A stretch of 64,000 nucleotides of DNA from Methylococcaceae bacterium TMED69 (lineage in GTDB: Bacteria > Pseudomonadota > Gammaproteobacteria > Ga0077536), in NCBI GenBank assembly GCA_002170535.1, contig NHDW01000004.1, forward strand, positions 250,190-314,189, written 5' to 3'. Below are positions 19,784 through 30,972 of this stretch, piece by piece. How positions within the stretch are numbered: position 1 is the first letter of the stretch; each line of letters opens with the position of its first letter. The position numbers were made by a program, and so were the translations under genes. The notes beneath the pieces are model-generated. The model worked only from the letters and a program-made list of their open reading frames with translations. It had not been told where the DNA came from and made no database searches.

Positions 19784-21595
19784 ATGAATCAATATCCACT
19801 ATGGAGATATGTTTTTATAGTGAGTATCATCCTGTTGGGCTTAATATATGCATCACCCAATCTTTTTCCTCAGGATTATTCAATATTCGTTTCGTTTCAA
19901 AATCGTGCTGAAAATGTTGATTTAATTGAAAATAAAATCAATGAGCGAATTGATAAAATTGGAGTAAAGCCAAAAACAATTGAAAAGTCCGATACAGGTC
20001 TTATTATTAAGTTCGACGATCATCAAAGCCGAAGTACCGTTATGCAGAGTTTGAATTCAGTAGTTGATTCTACTGAAGCGGTTCTTGCATATGGCCTATC
20101 ACCAACCAGTCCTAAGTGGTTAGAATTACTTGGAGCGAGCCCTATGTTCATGGGCTTAGATTTGCGAGGAGGCGTGCATTTTTTAATGCAGGTTGATACG
20201 CAGGCGGTTAAAGTCCAAAAACTAAATCAGACATTTGAAGAAGTTAAAACTACTCTTCGAGAACAAAAAATCAGATACCAATCGGCTACAATAGACCGTG
20301 ACAGAATTAAGATTAGTTTTGGTTCTGCCAAATTACTTGCAAAAAGCAAAGAAGCTTTAAACTCAAAAATTGAAACTATTGATATATTCTCGGAGTCTGA
20401 TAAGGAAATCGCTATTGCCGTTAAAGAAAATTATCTTGTTGAGTCGCTTGAGAATGCGTTGCAACAAAATCTTACAACCTTGAGAAACAGGGTAAATGAA
20501 TTCGGAGTATCAGAGCCAGTTATTCAAAGGCAAGGACAAAGCAGGGTTGTTGTACAGCTTCCTGGGATTGAAGATACCGCCCAAGCAAAAAAAATAATAG
20601 GAGCTACCGCTTCTCTCGAGTTTAGGATGGTATTTATGGATGGCGATATAAGAGACGCCACTTCTGGAAGGTTGCCAGTCGGCTCTCAATTATTCAAGAA
20701 AATTGACGGCTCACCTGTTCTTCTAGAAAAGAAAGTGTTGCTAACAGGTGAGTATGTGATTGATGCTTCCTCCGGATTTGATCAGCAAAGTGGTTCACCA
20801 GCCGTCTTTATAACATTGGACGGTAAAGGCTCTCGAATTTTTAGCAAAGTTACAAGAGAAAGAATCGGCAGACCAATGGCGGTTGTTTTCATCGAGCAAA
20901 GAAAGGGTAAAAGATTCGAAGAGGTCATTAACATAGCCACGATACGTGATCAACTTTCAAAAAGATTTCAGATAACTGGTTTGGCAAACACTGAAAATGC
21001 AAGAACTCTAGCACTTCTTCTTCGTGCCGGCTCTCTGGCTGCGCCGATGGAGATAATTCAAGAGCGTACTGTCGGGCCCACTCTGGGTGAGACTAACATT
21101 AGAAGCGGCTATCGTTCCGTGATTATAGGGTTAGTTTGTGTGATGTTTTTTATGTTATTTTATTATGGAAAATTTGGGTTATTTGCAAATCTGGCGCTTT
21201 TGGTAAATCTTGTCTTAATTATTGCTGTTCTGTCAGCGCTTCAAGCTACTCTAACTTTACCGGGAATCGCTGGAATAGTTTTGACAGTAGGGATGGCAGT
21301 AGATGCTAATGTTCTGATTTTTCAAAGAATTAGGGAAGAAATAGCCAACGGGAATACTCCTCAAATGAGCATAGCCTCTGGCTACAAAAAAGCATTTTCA
21401 ACCATTGCCGATGCAAACATAACAACTTTGATTGCAGCATTGGTGTTATTTAGTTTTGGTACGGGCCCAGTTAAAGGCTTTGCTATTACATTGTCAATCG
21501 GAATTGTAACTTCTATGTTTACTGCCATCGTAGGGACAAGAGCGATTGTCAATCTCTTATATGGTAAAAAAGCTAAGCTTGACTTAAAGATATGA
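19784..21595 (+). CDS. secD: Protein translocase subunit SecD
   Basis: 603 aa with a large periplasmic domain and a C-terminal 6-TM bundle (LPGIAGIVLTVGMAVDANVLIFQRIREE). Adjacent to secF. Confidence 0.95.
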   Translation: MNQYPLWRYVFIVSIILLGLIYASPNLFPQDYSIFVSFQNRAENVDLIENKINERIDKIGVKPKTIEKSDTGLIIKFDDHQSRSTVMQSLNSVVDSTEAVLAYGLSPTSPKWLELLGASPMFMGLDLRGGVHFLMQVDTQAVKVQKLNQTFEEVKTTLREQKIRYQSATIDRDRIKISFGSAKLLAKSKEALNSKIETIDIFSESDKEIAIAVKENYLVESLENALQQNLTTLRNRVNEFGVSEPVIQRQGQSRVVVQLPGIEDTAQAKKIIGATASLEFRMVFMDGDIRDATSGRLPVGSQLFKKIDGSPVLLEKKVLLTGEYVIDASSGFDQQSGSPAVFITLDGKGSRIFSKVTRERIGRPMAVVFIEQRKGKRFEEVINIATIRDQLSKRFQITGLANTENARTLALLLRAGSLAAPMEIIQERTVGPTLGETNIRSGYRSVIIGLVCVMFFMLFYYGKFGLFANLALLVNLVLIIAVLSALQATLTLPGIAGIVLTVGMAVDANVLIFQRIREEIANGNTPQMSIASGYKKAFSTIADANITTLIAALVLFSFGTGPVKGFAITLSIGIVTSMFTAIVGTRAIVNLLYGKKAKLDLKI

Positions 21596-21603
21596 GTGTT
21601 TGA

Positions 21604-22512
21604 ATGAGAAAAAAATTTAATTATAATTTTTTATCCAAAAGAAATCTTTGGATTTCCATATCTGCGATTTTCGTGTTTCTATCGATAGGTTCTTTAGTAA
21701 CTCAAGGCCTTCAATTAGGCACTGATTTCAGCGGAGGTGCTTCAGTAAGTATTGAGTTCCCTAATTCTGTTGAAGCGGAATCTGTTAGGACAATGCTGGT
21801 CGGAACAAGATTTGAATCAGCAAAACTGCAGACAATCGGAATAGGAAAAGAGGTGTTGTTAAAAGTAGCACCAGATTTTTTAGAAGAATCCAAAGACGAT
21901 ATAAAAACTGACATCGAAGAAATTATGACAGACGGTAAAGTGGTGTTTATAGATATGGTCGGACCACAGATCAGTTCTGAACTTACTGAGGACGGAATTT
22001 TGGCCTTAATTTACGCTTTGGGTGGCATCTTAATTTATGTGATGGTTAGGTTTACCAGTAAATTTGCGTTTGGCGCAGTGTTAGCGGTTGTGCATGATAT
22101 AGTTGTTTCACTTGGGATTTTTTCAATGCTGCGACTCGAGTTTGATCTCACAGTGCTGGCGGCTTTCTTGGCTGTAATTGGTTACTCATTAAACGATACT
22201 ATAGTTGTTTTTGATAGGGTCAGAGAAAATTTTAAAACATCCCGTAGTGAGGTTTCTTCCGAGGTAATAATAAATCTATCTATTAACCAAACATTGTCGC
22301 GAACATTAGTAACATCGGGAACTACCTTGGTGGTTGTGTTCGCGTTGTTCCTTTTGGGCGGAGACATGATAAAAAACTTTTCCATCGCATTAGGGTTCGG
22401 TGTGATTGTTGGCACTTATTCGTCAATCTATGTTGCTGGCTCAACTTTAATGTTCTTAGAATTGTCTAGAGATGACTTTCTATCGGATGAACAAAACACC
22501 GAAGACGTCTAA
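21604..22512 (+). CDS. secF: Protein translocase subunit SecF
   Basis: 302 aa with conserved SecF motifs (FSGGASVSIEF, GYSLNDTIVVFDRVREN). Confidence 0.95.
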   Translation: MRKKFNYNFLSKRNLWISISAIFVFLSIGSLVTQGLQLGTDFSGGASVSIEFPNSVEAESVRTMLVGTRFESAKLQTIGIGKEVLLKVAPDFLEESKDDIKTDIEEIMTDGKVVFIDMVGPQISSELTEDGILALIYALGGILIYVMVRFTSKFAFGAVLAVVHDIVVSLGIFSMLRLEFDLTVLAAFLAVIGYSLNDTIVVFDRVRENFKTSRSEVSSEVIINLSINQTLSRTLVTSGTTLVVVFALFLLGGDMIKNFSIALGFGVIVGTYSSIYVAGSTLMFLELSRDDFLSDEQNTEDV

Positions 22513-23686
22513 TGAGCGAGATGCTTTAGTGACACCGGCCAAGTCACGTCTTGTCAACCGCAATATCTTAATCGATGAGGAATTAGTAAAATTTTTTCCG
22601 AGGTTAGAAAAGTCATTAACCATCGTGCCTTTTAAGGGCCGTTTTTTAGGTGGTCGTATGCTAAAGGAGTCAGAGGTGCTAGTTGTAAGATCTGTCACTC
22701 CAGTTTGCCGGAAACTTTTGGATGGAAGTAGAATCAAATTAGTTTGCTCCACGACTTCTGGTTTAGACCACATCGACAGAGAATACTTAGAAAGTTCAAA
22801 CATTGAGCTTATTAACGCGCCGGGTTCAAATGCTATAGCAGTAGTAGAATATATTATTTTTACTATCTTGCTATATAGTCAAGATATTGGTAAGCCTTTT
22901 AAAAATCTTAAAATTGGAGTAGTAGGCTATGGTGAAATCGGTTCAAGATTAACTCAGTTGCTCGAAAAATTAGGGTTACAGGTTTTGGTTAATGATCCTC
23001 CTAAAAAGAAATACCATGGACTTAAAAGAGAACATTTCTCTCTAGGGAAACTTGTAGCAGAGTGCGACTGCCTTACTGTTCATGTTCCTTTGGTTGATAA
23101 AACTGAGTATCCCACTAGGAATCTTCTAGATTACCAGCTTCTTAAGGACATAAAAGATGAAGCATTAATAATTAATTCTTCAAGGGGTAACATTATAAAA
23201 GAAAGCGACCTTTTTACGTTGCTAGAAAAGAAACCTGGTATCAAAGTAGCTTTAGATTGTTGGATTGATGAACCGAAAATTGATGCTCTACTTGCCAGGA
23301 AGATTTGGTTGCCAACCCCTCACATTGCAGGTGCAACGGTAGAATCAAAAATCAGAGCTGTACAAAAAGTAATTCCGGCGATTTATGATTATTTTGGGCT
23401 TCGCAGTAGTGAATTGATTTCTGATCCAAAAAAACTTTTTGAAAAACCTGAGAAAATACCTGACTATTTAGATTTAAAAAAAGACATAGATAACATCATG
23501 CCTTTAATCAGCGTTAGTAAACAATTCAAAAAAAAATCGATACAAAATTTATCCAAGTTGCTTCCAGAAGAATTTGATAATTTGAGAAAGTCTACTTTAG
23601 GCCGACGTGAGATTTCGAATTATTGTTTTTCTGAAAATCATGTTGTTTTAAATAAAATAAAAAAAATATTAATTGAGCTTTCATAA
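22472..23686 (+). CDS. pdxB: Erythronate-4-phosphate dehydrogenase. The true start is probably the in-frame GTG at 22529.
   Basis: LVVRSVTPV, NAIAVVEYI, the GVVGYGEIGSRL NAD-binding motif and LVNDPP match E. coli PdxB (MVRSVT, NAIAVVEY, LLCDPP). Has the C-terminal dimerisation extension. Confidence 0.85.
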   Translation: MTFYRMNKTPKTSNERDALVTPAKSRLVNRNILIDEELVKFFPRLEKSLTIVPFKGRFLGGRMLKESEVLVVRSVTPVCRKLLDGSRIKLVCSTTSGLDHIDREYLESSNIELINAPGSNAIAVVEYIIFTILLYSQDIGKPFKNLKIGVVGYGEIGSRLTQLLEKLGLQVLVNDPPKKKYHGLKREHFSLGKLVAECDCLTVHVPLVDKTEYPTRNLLDYQLLKDIKDEALIINSSRGNIIKESDLFTLLEKKPGIKVALDCWIDEPKIDALLARKIWLPTPHIAGATVESKIRAVQKVIPAIYDYFGLRSSELISDPKKLFEKPEKIPDYLDLKKDIDNIMPLISVSKQFKKKSIQNLSKLLPEEFDNLRKSTLGRREISNYCFSENHVVLNKIKKILIELS

Positions 23687-23703
23687 GCAAGGAGTGGTAA
23701 TTA

Positions 23704-24894
23704 ATGATAATAGGAACCCCATTTGCGTCGAATTCAACTAAGTTAATGCTCCTTGGTGCTGGGGAGCTTGGAAAGGAAGTTGCAATTGAAGCCGTCAGAT
23801 TGGGCTTAGAAGTTATTGCTGTGGATAGGTATAAAAACGCACCAGCGATGCATGTAGCTCAGCGGTCTCATGTGATCAATATGTTGGATTACCAACAGTT
23901 AGAGAAATTAATTAGAATGGAGAATCCCTCTTACATCTTGCCAGAGATTGAAGCCATTGCGACTGATGCTCTTGTTCAGTTGGAGTCTGAAGGATTTAAC
24001 ATTTGTCCAAGTGCAAAAGCGGTTTCATACACAATGGATAGAAAAGGGATTAGAAGATTAGCTGCTGAAGAGCTCGGAGTAAGAACTTCTAATTATCGTT
24101 TTGCTAGTTCGATGGAAGAATGTATTAGTTCTATTGATGAAATAGGAACACCTTGCATCGTTAAACCTATCATGAGTTCGTCGGGTAAAGGACAAGTTTT
24201 CGTTAAAGATAAAAAAAATTTAGAGGAAGTATGGTCGAAATCTATCGCAGAAGGAAGGGGTATGCGAAACGAGGTAATTGTTGAAAGTCTTATTGATTTT
24301 GACTATGAAATCACTTTGCTTACAGTAAGACATTCCGGCGGGGTGGATTTCTGTCGTCCTATTGGACACGTACAAGAGAATGGTGATTATCGTGGGTCGT
24401 GGCAACCGCAAGTTATGTCAAAAGATTCTTATAATGAAGCATGTAGGATCGCGGGTCTAATTACTCAAGAACTAGGTGGGTGGGGGATCTTCGGAGTAGA
24501 ATTATTTGTAAAAGGCGATCAGGTCTGGTTCAGTGAGGTATCACCGAGGCCTCATGACACGGGTTTGGTTACCTTGATTAGTCAGAGATACTCCCAGTTT
24601 GAGCTACATGTGAAAGCGATTTTAGGAGTTGATTTGAAATTATATTTTCAAGGTAGTGACGATTTGATAGGAGCTTCTAATCCGATATTAGGTTACGGCG
24701 ATGGCAACCGTATAACCTACGAAGGGGTTTCACAGCTGTTGTCATTAGAAAACGTTGGACTGCGGATTTTTGGAAAGCCTAATGTGGCCAAAAAAAGAAG
24801 GCTAGCAGTTGTTCTTGCTACAGGGGAGTCTGTAAAATCTGCTCTTAATTTGTCTCATGAGGCTGCTAAAAAATTAAAATTACATGTTGAGTAA
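23704..24894 (+). CDS. purT: Formate-dependent phosphoribosylglycinamide formyltransferase (GAR transformylase 2)
   Basis: Near-colinear identity with E. coli PurT: MLLGAGELGKEVAIEA, APAMHVAHRSHVINMLD, SWQPQ, EVSPRPHDTGLVTLISQ. Confidence 0.95.
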   Translation: MIIGTPFASNSTKLMLLGAGELGKEVAIEAVRLGLEVIAVDRYKNAPAMHVAQRSHVINMLDYQQLEKLIRMENPSYILPEIEAIATDALVQLESEGFNICPSAKAVSYTMDRKGIRRLAAEELGVRTSNYRFASSMEECISSIDEIGTPCIVKPIMSSSGKGQVFVKDKKNLEEVWSKSIAEGRGMRNEVIVESLIDFDYEITLLTVRHSGGVDFCRPIGHVQENGDYRGSWQPQVMSKDSYNEACRIAGLITQELGGWGIFGVELFVKGDQVWFSEVSPRPHDTGLVTLISQRYSQFELHVKAILGVDLKLYFQGSDDLIGASNPILGYGDGNRITYEGVSQLLSLENVGLRIFGKPNVAKKRRLAVVLATGESVKSALNLSHEAAKKLKLHVE

Positions 24895-24953
24895 AGGCTC
24901 AGTTAATGCCATGATCGTTAACTAAGCTTAGCAATTATAAGTGGTATATTTCT

Positions 24954-25565
24954 ATGAAAAGACTTTTTAAGACAATTTTACTTCTCTCGTTCATTTTAAA
25001 TACACCTTTTGCTCTTGCTGAAGCCGTAGTGCCAGTGGATATTATAAAATCAATAACTGACGAGGTTCTAAACCGAGTAGAATCCGACAAAGATCAACTA
25101 AAGAATAATCCTGGTGAAATGTATGATCTAGTTTCTGATTTAGTTTTCCCTAACTTTGATTTTGCTGTCATGTCAAGATTTGTGTTAGGTAGTTACTGGG
25201 ATCAAGCTGATGTGAAGCAAAAAGGTGAATTTATTGATCAGTTTCGTAAATTATTGGTTAGAACATATGCCTCTGCGCTTTTGGAGTTTTCTGATCAAAC
25301 CATAGAGTACCCAACCGATAGGAACGTTATTAAAGAGAAGACTGCAAAAATAGTACAAGTGGTTATTACGCAAGGAGAGCCTGTCACCGTAATCTACAGG
25401 CTTCATAACACTAAAGACAAATGGTTGGCCTTTGATGTTTCCGTTAGTGGTGTTAGTCTCATAAAGACCTATAGAGGTTCGTTTAAATCGATAATAGAAA
25501 CAGAAGGTCTTGACCAATTAATCAATTCTCTCAAAGAGAAGAATAAAAAGTTTGGGAACTCATAA
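24954..25565 (+). CDS. mlaC: Phospholipid-binding periplasmic protein MlaC (Ttg2D family)
   Basis: Signal peptide plus the toluene-tolerance Ttg2D/MlaC fold pattern (FDFAVMSRFVLGSYW...KQKGEFIDQFRKLLVRTYA). Confidence 0.8.
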   Translation: MKRLFKTILLLSFILNTPFALAEAVVPVDIIKSITDEVLNRVESDKDQLKNNPGEMYDLVSDLVFPNFDFAVMSRFVLGSYWDQADVKQKGEFIDQFRKLLVRTYASALLEFSDQTIEYPTDRNVIKEKTAKIVQVVITQGEPVTVIYRLHNTKDKWLAFDVSVSGVSLIKTYRGSFKSIIETEGLDQLINSLKEKNKKFGNS

Positions 25566-25580
25566 AATTGCGACAAAAAA

Positions 25581-27118
<1,538 letters not shown>

Positions 27119-27778
27119 ATGTTACACGAAAAAACTAATTTAAAAAAAATTTTAATTGCAGTGGCAAAAGGTAGGATTCTGGATGAAGCCCTTAATCTTC
27201 TTAAAGATGTGGGAGTTAAAGTATCTGATTCCGAAATGAAGTCTAGGAAGCTAAAAATAAAAACAAATCGTGCTAATGTTGATCTTTTAGTGGTCAGAGC
27301 CGCGGACGTCCCAACTTATGTAGATTACGGAGCTGCAGATATTGGTATTACAGGTAAAGACGTATTGCTAGAAAGTGATACAGATGGTTACTATGAGCCA
27401 CTTGATTTAAAAATATCAAAATGTAGACTTTGCGCGGCTGGCCTTAATAAAACTAGACCCGATCTACCTGTTCTCAGAGTTGCGACAAAATATCCAAGAG
27501 TTGCGAATAATTATTACCAAGGAATAGGGATTCAAGCAGAAATTATAACTTTGTATGGATCGATGGAACTTGCACCAATCGTAGGGTTGGCAGACGAAAT
27601 TGTTGATTTAGTCGATACGGGTAAAACTTTAAAAGCGAACAATCTGTCCGTGATCGATGACATAAAGGATATTAGTTCTAGATTAATTGTTAATAAAGCT
27701 TCCTTGAAGGTAAAGCCTTTCGAAATTAATGACATTATAGATGCACTTCAAATTCTAATAAAAGGGAAAGATGGATAA
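27119..27778 (+). CDS. hisG: ATP phosphoribosyltransferase, short (HisGs) form
   Basis: 219 aa; LLVVRAADVPTYVDYGAADIGITGKD motif. Lacks the C-terminal regulatory domain of long-form HisG. Confidence 0.9.
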   Translation: MLHEKTNLKKILIAVAKGRILDEALNLLKDVGVKVSDSEMKSRKLKIKTNRANVDLLVVRAADVPTYVDYGAADIGITGKDVLLESDTDGYYEPLDLKISKCRLCAAGLNKTRPDLPVLRVATKYPRVANNYYQGIGIQAEIITLYGSMELAPIVGLADEIVDLVDTGKTLKANNLSVIDDIKDISSRLIVNKASLKVKPFEINDIIDALQILIKGKDG

Positions 27779-29063
27779 GATAAAAAGATTAGATGCAAAG
27801 GATCAGGATTTTCCAAATTTGCTTGAAAAAGCCCTTCACAGAGACCATGAGAGTGATGATAAAATTTTTGATGCTGTAGCGTCCATTATTAAAGATGTAA
27901 AAATTCGCAAAGATAGCGCGGTTCTTGAATATACAAAGAAATTTGACCTGTATGATGTTAAATCAGTAACCGCTTTAGAAATAACTGGTTTTGATACAGC
28001 TCTCTCCAAAATAGATAAATCTCTGCTTAACTCCCTCGAAATTAGTTCAAGAAGAATATTTGCTTATCACGAAAGACAGGTAGCTCAATCTTGGGAGTTT
28101 TCCGATGATATCGGTGTCTCTTTGGGGCAGCGAATAACCCCATTACAATCCGTCGGAATTTATGTTCCTGGCGGAACAGCGAGCTACCCATCTTCCGTTT
28201 TAATGAACGCCATTCCAGCAAAAGTAGCGGGTGTTTCAAACATTACTATGGTAGTGCCCTCACAAAAGGGAATAGTATCAGAGGCGGTTTTAGCTGCCGC
28301 TGCACTAAGTGGAGTTTCGCGTATTTTCTCGATTGGAGGGGCTCAGGCAATCGCGGCATTAGCCTACGGGACAGAATCTATACCGCGAGTAGATAAAATT
28401 GTTGGCCCGGGTAATGTATATGTTGCCAGTGCGAAAAAACAAGTATTTGGAGATGTCGGAATTGATATGGTAGCTGGCCCGTCGGAAATTCTAATAGTTT
28501 GTGATGGATTAACGCCTCCAGAATGGATAGCAACTGATTTATGTTCTCAGGCGGAGCATGATCCAAATGCTCAATCAATATTTATTAGTCCAGACGCAAA
28601 TCAACTGGATAAGGTTGAAGAAGAGTTGAATCGAATTTATAAGCAATTACCAAGGTGGAAAATAATAAAAAGTTCGCTGGAGAAAAACGGAGTTTTTATT
28701 AAGGTAGATTCGGTAGATGAAATAGCGAAAATAGTTGATGTTATTGCGCCTGAACATCTGGAATTATCAGTTGCTAAACCTCGGGAATTGATGTCCGAAA
28801 TAAAAAATGCAGGTGCCGTCTTCCTTGGCAGATTTTGCCCCGAGGTCTTTGGAGATTATTGTGCGGGTTCTAACCATGTACTGCCGACTTCTGGCGCAGC
28901 TAGGTTTGCATCTCCTCTCGGAGTTTATGATTTTCAAAAAAGAACATCGTTTGTTGAGTGTAATGAATTAGGAGCAAGTGAGCTCGGACGTATTTCATTA
29001 CAAATTGCAAACTCAGAAGGATTAGCCGCTCATGCGCAATCTGCGAAATTAAGGATTAAGTAA
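27771..29063 (+). CDS. hisD: Histidinol dehydrogenase
   Basis: 430 aa with conserved HisD motifs (GIYVPGGTASYPSSVLMNAIPAKVAG, AGPSEILI, QAEHD). Confidence 0.95.
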   Translation: MDKIKRLDAKDQDFPNLLEKALHRDHESDDKIFDAVASIIKDVKIRKDSAVLEYTKKFDLYDVKSVTALEITGFDTALSKIDKSLLNSLEISSRRIFAYHERQVAQSWEFSDDIGVSLGQRITPLQSVGIYVPGGTASYPSSVLMNAIPAKVAGVSNITMVVPSQKGIVSEAVLAAAALSGVSRIFSIGGAQAIAALAYGTESIPRVDKIVGPGNVYVASAKKQVFGDVGIDMVAGPSEILIVCDGLTPPEWIATDLCSQAEHDPNAQSIFISPDANQLDKVEEELNRIYKQLPRWKIIKSSLEKNGVFIKVDSVDEIAKIVDVIAPEHLELSVAKPRELMSEIKNAGAVFLGRFCPEVFGDYCAGSNHVLPTSGAARFASPLGVYDFQKRTSFVECNELGASELGRISLQIANSEGLAAHAQSAKLRIK

Positions 29064-30166
29064 TGGGGAGTGAGATAAACTTTGGAAAATTTATATCTCG
29101 AAAGCTTTTGGATCTCGAGCCATATAGCACCAAAACTTACGATCATTTGATTAAATTAGATGCTATGGAGATGCCGAATGACTCAATGTTAATAGAAGGC
29201 TCACCAGTCTTGAATGCTTTATCAGATCTAAATTTGAATCGATACCCTGACCCTAATTTTCAAGCTTTGAGGAAGAAGCTCTTGACTGCTAAAAATTTAG
29301 ATCTGTCGGAGTCTGATGTACTTGTTGGTAATGGATCTGATGAATTGATCCAATTGCTTTGTTTGTTAACAGCAAACGATGGGCAGGGTAAGTTGTTGAT
29401 ACCTTGCCCAACTTTTAGTGTTTATAAATTACTAGCTCAAATTCATGGTTTAAGATGCTATCAATTTAATCTTGAATCAAAGTCGTTTCATCTCGATACC
29501 TCAAAATTTATCGACGAAATTTTAAAAGTTGATCCTTCATTGATATTTATCGCCAGTCCCAATAATCCAACAGGGAACCGACTTATCGGTGCAGATATTG
29601 GAAAAGTTTGTGAGGCATGCGAAGGATTGGTCGTTTTGGATGAGGCTTATTATAAATTTTCAGATAAATCTTATATAGATATGATAAAAGATTTTAATAA
29701 TCTTTTGATTATGCAGACGATGTCAAAAATTGGTTTTGCCGGGATTAGGCTTGGGATGCTTTTTGGGAATAATAAAGTTATTAATTTACTCAATAAAATT
29801 AGATTGCCTTTCAATGTAAATACCATATCCCAGCTTGCCGGACTTGAGGTCTTAAGTGGTGAACAGTTTGTCGAAAAAAAGATAAAGTCTATAAAAGAAG
29901 AGAGAGCCGTTCTTATTGGCCAACTAAGCGAGTTTGAAGGAATAAAGGTATACCCTAGTGAGGCAAACTTTATTTTGATTGATTTTCAAAATTATAATGC
30001 TGAAACCATTTTTTCCCAATTGTTAGAATCCGGCGTATTAATAAAGAATGTGAGCAACCAACACCAGCTATTAAATGGTTGTTTACGTATAACGGTTGGT
30101 TCAAAGGCAGAAAATCGTGAATTCATTAGAATAATTTCTAGGATAATTACAAAAAGCCAATCTTAA
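29063..30166 (+). CDS. hisC: Histidinol-phosphate aminotransferase
   Basis: Class II aminotransferase with the PLP lysine region (TMSKIGFAGIRLG). Position immediately after hisD. Confidence 0.9.
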   Translation: MGSEINFGKFISRKLLDLEPYSTKTYDHLIKLDAMEMPNDSMLIEGSPVLNALSDLNLNRYPDPNFQALRKKLLTAKNLDLSESDVLVGNGSDELIQLLCLLTANDGQGKLLIPCPTFSVYKLLAQIHGLRCYQFNLESKSFHLDTSKFIDEILKVDPSLIFIASPNNPTGNRLIGADIGKVCEACEGLVVLDEAYYKFSDKSYIDMIKDFNNLLIMQTMSKIGFAGIRLGMLFGNNKVINLLNKIRLPFNVNTISQLAGLEVLSGEQFVEKKIKSIKEERAVLIGQLSEFEGIKVYPSEANFILIDFQNYNAETIFSQLLESGVLIKNVSNQHQLLNGCLRITVGSKAENREFIRIISRIITKSQS

Positions 30167-30175
30167 ATATTGGCT
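30155..30175 (+). terminator. Weak hairpin overlapping the hisC stop codon. AGCCAAT-cttaaat-ATTGGCT followed by aaggtaaTTTTTg.
   Basis: 7-bp perfect inverted repeat with a 7-nt loop, followed by a short T-tract. Located at the 3' end of the hisGDC unit. Confidence 0.35.
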
Positions 30176-30363
30176 AAGGTAATTTTTGAAAAACACTAGT
30201 CTGTATGTCTTAGCTTACCGTATAAGATTGGTATGCCCTAGCTAACCGCATAAAGAATAGTATACAATACAAGACGAAATTTTGGTTTATAACGGACATG
30301 GTTTACTCGACTTTTTAATTAAAAAATCTGCCCTTCTTCCAAAATTATGAATATTAGGAGCAT

Positions 30364-30972
30364 TTGCTAAAAATGAATAAAAATCCAACCGATAAGGCTC
30401 GGCGAGAGTTTCTATCAGGTGCAACGCTAGTTTTAGGGGGCGTTGGGGCTAGTTTTGCAGCCATTCCTTTTTTATCCGCTTTCAAGCCGAGTGCGAAAGC
30501 AAAAGCCATAGGTGCGCCTGTTGAAGCCAATTTAAATGGGATCGAGCCTGGTCAAAGGATAATAGTGCAATGGCGAGGTAAGCCAGTTTGGATTGTAAGA
30601 AGAACAACTGACCAAATAGACGCGTTAGCTTCTTTTGATGATAAAACCCTTCAGGATCCTGAATCTAATGCCTCAGATCAGCCCGACTTTGCAAAAAATG
30701 CATGGAGGTCTAAGGATTCTGAGTTTTTAGTCCTTGTTGGGATTTGTACTCATTTAGGCTGCTCCCCGAATTTTTTTCCTGGAATGGATAATAAAGCTAT
30801 GGGTTCTGATTGGAAAGGGGGATTCTATTGTCCTTGTCATGGTTCGAAATTTGATTTAGCTGGTCGTGTATATGCAGGAGTTCCTGCCCCATCAAACATG
30901 CCAGTTCCCCCTTATAAATTTCTATCTGAAGACAAGATTTTAATTGGCGAGCTTGATGGAGAAAGTGCATGA
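30364..30972 (+). CDS. petA: Ubiquinol-cytochrome c reductase iron-sulfur (Rieske) subunit
   Basis: Rieske boxes CTHLGCSP and CPCHGSKFD. Tat-like N-terminus (ARREFLSGAT). Confidence 0.95.
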   Translation: MLKMNKNPTDKARREFLSGATLVLGGVGASFAAIPFLSAFKPSAKAKAIGAPVEANLNGIEPGQRIIVQWRGKPVWIVRRTTDQIDALASFDDKTLQDPESNASDQPDFAKNAWRSKDSEFLVLVGICTHLGCSPNFFPGMDNKAMGSDWKGGFYCPCHGSKFDLAGRVYAGVPAPSNMPVPPYKFLSEDKILIGELDGESA

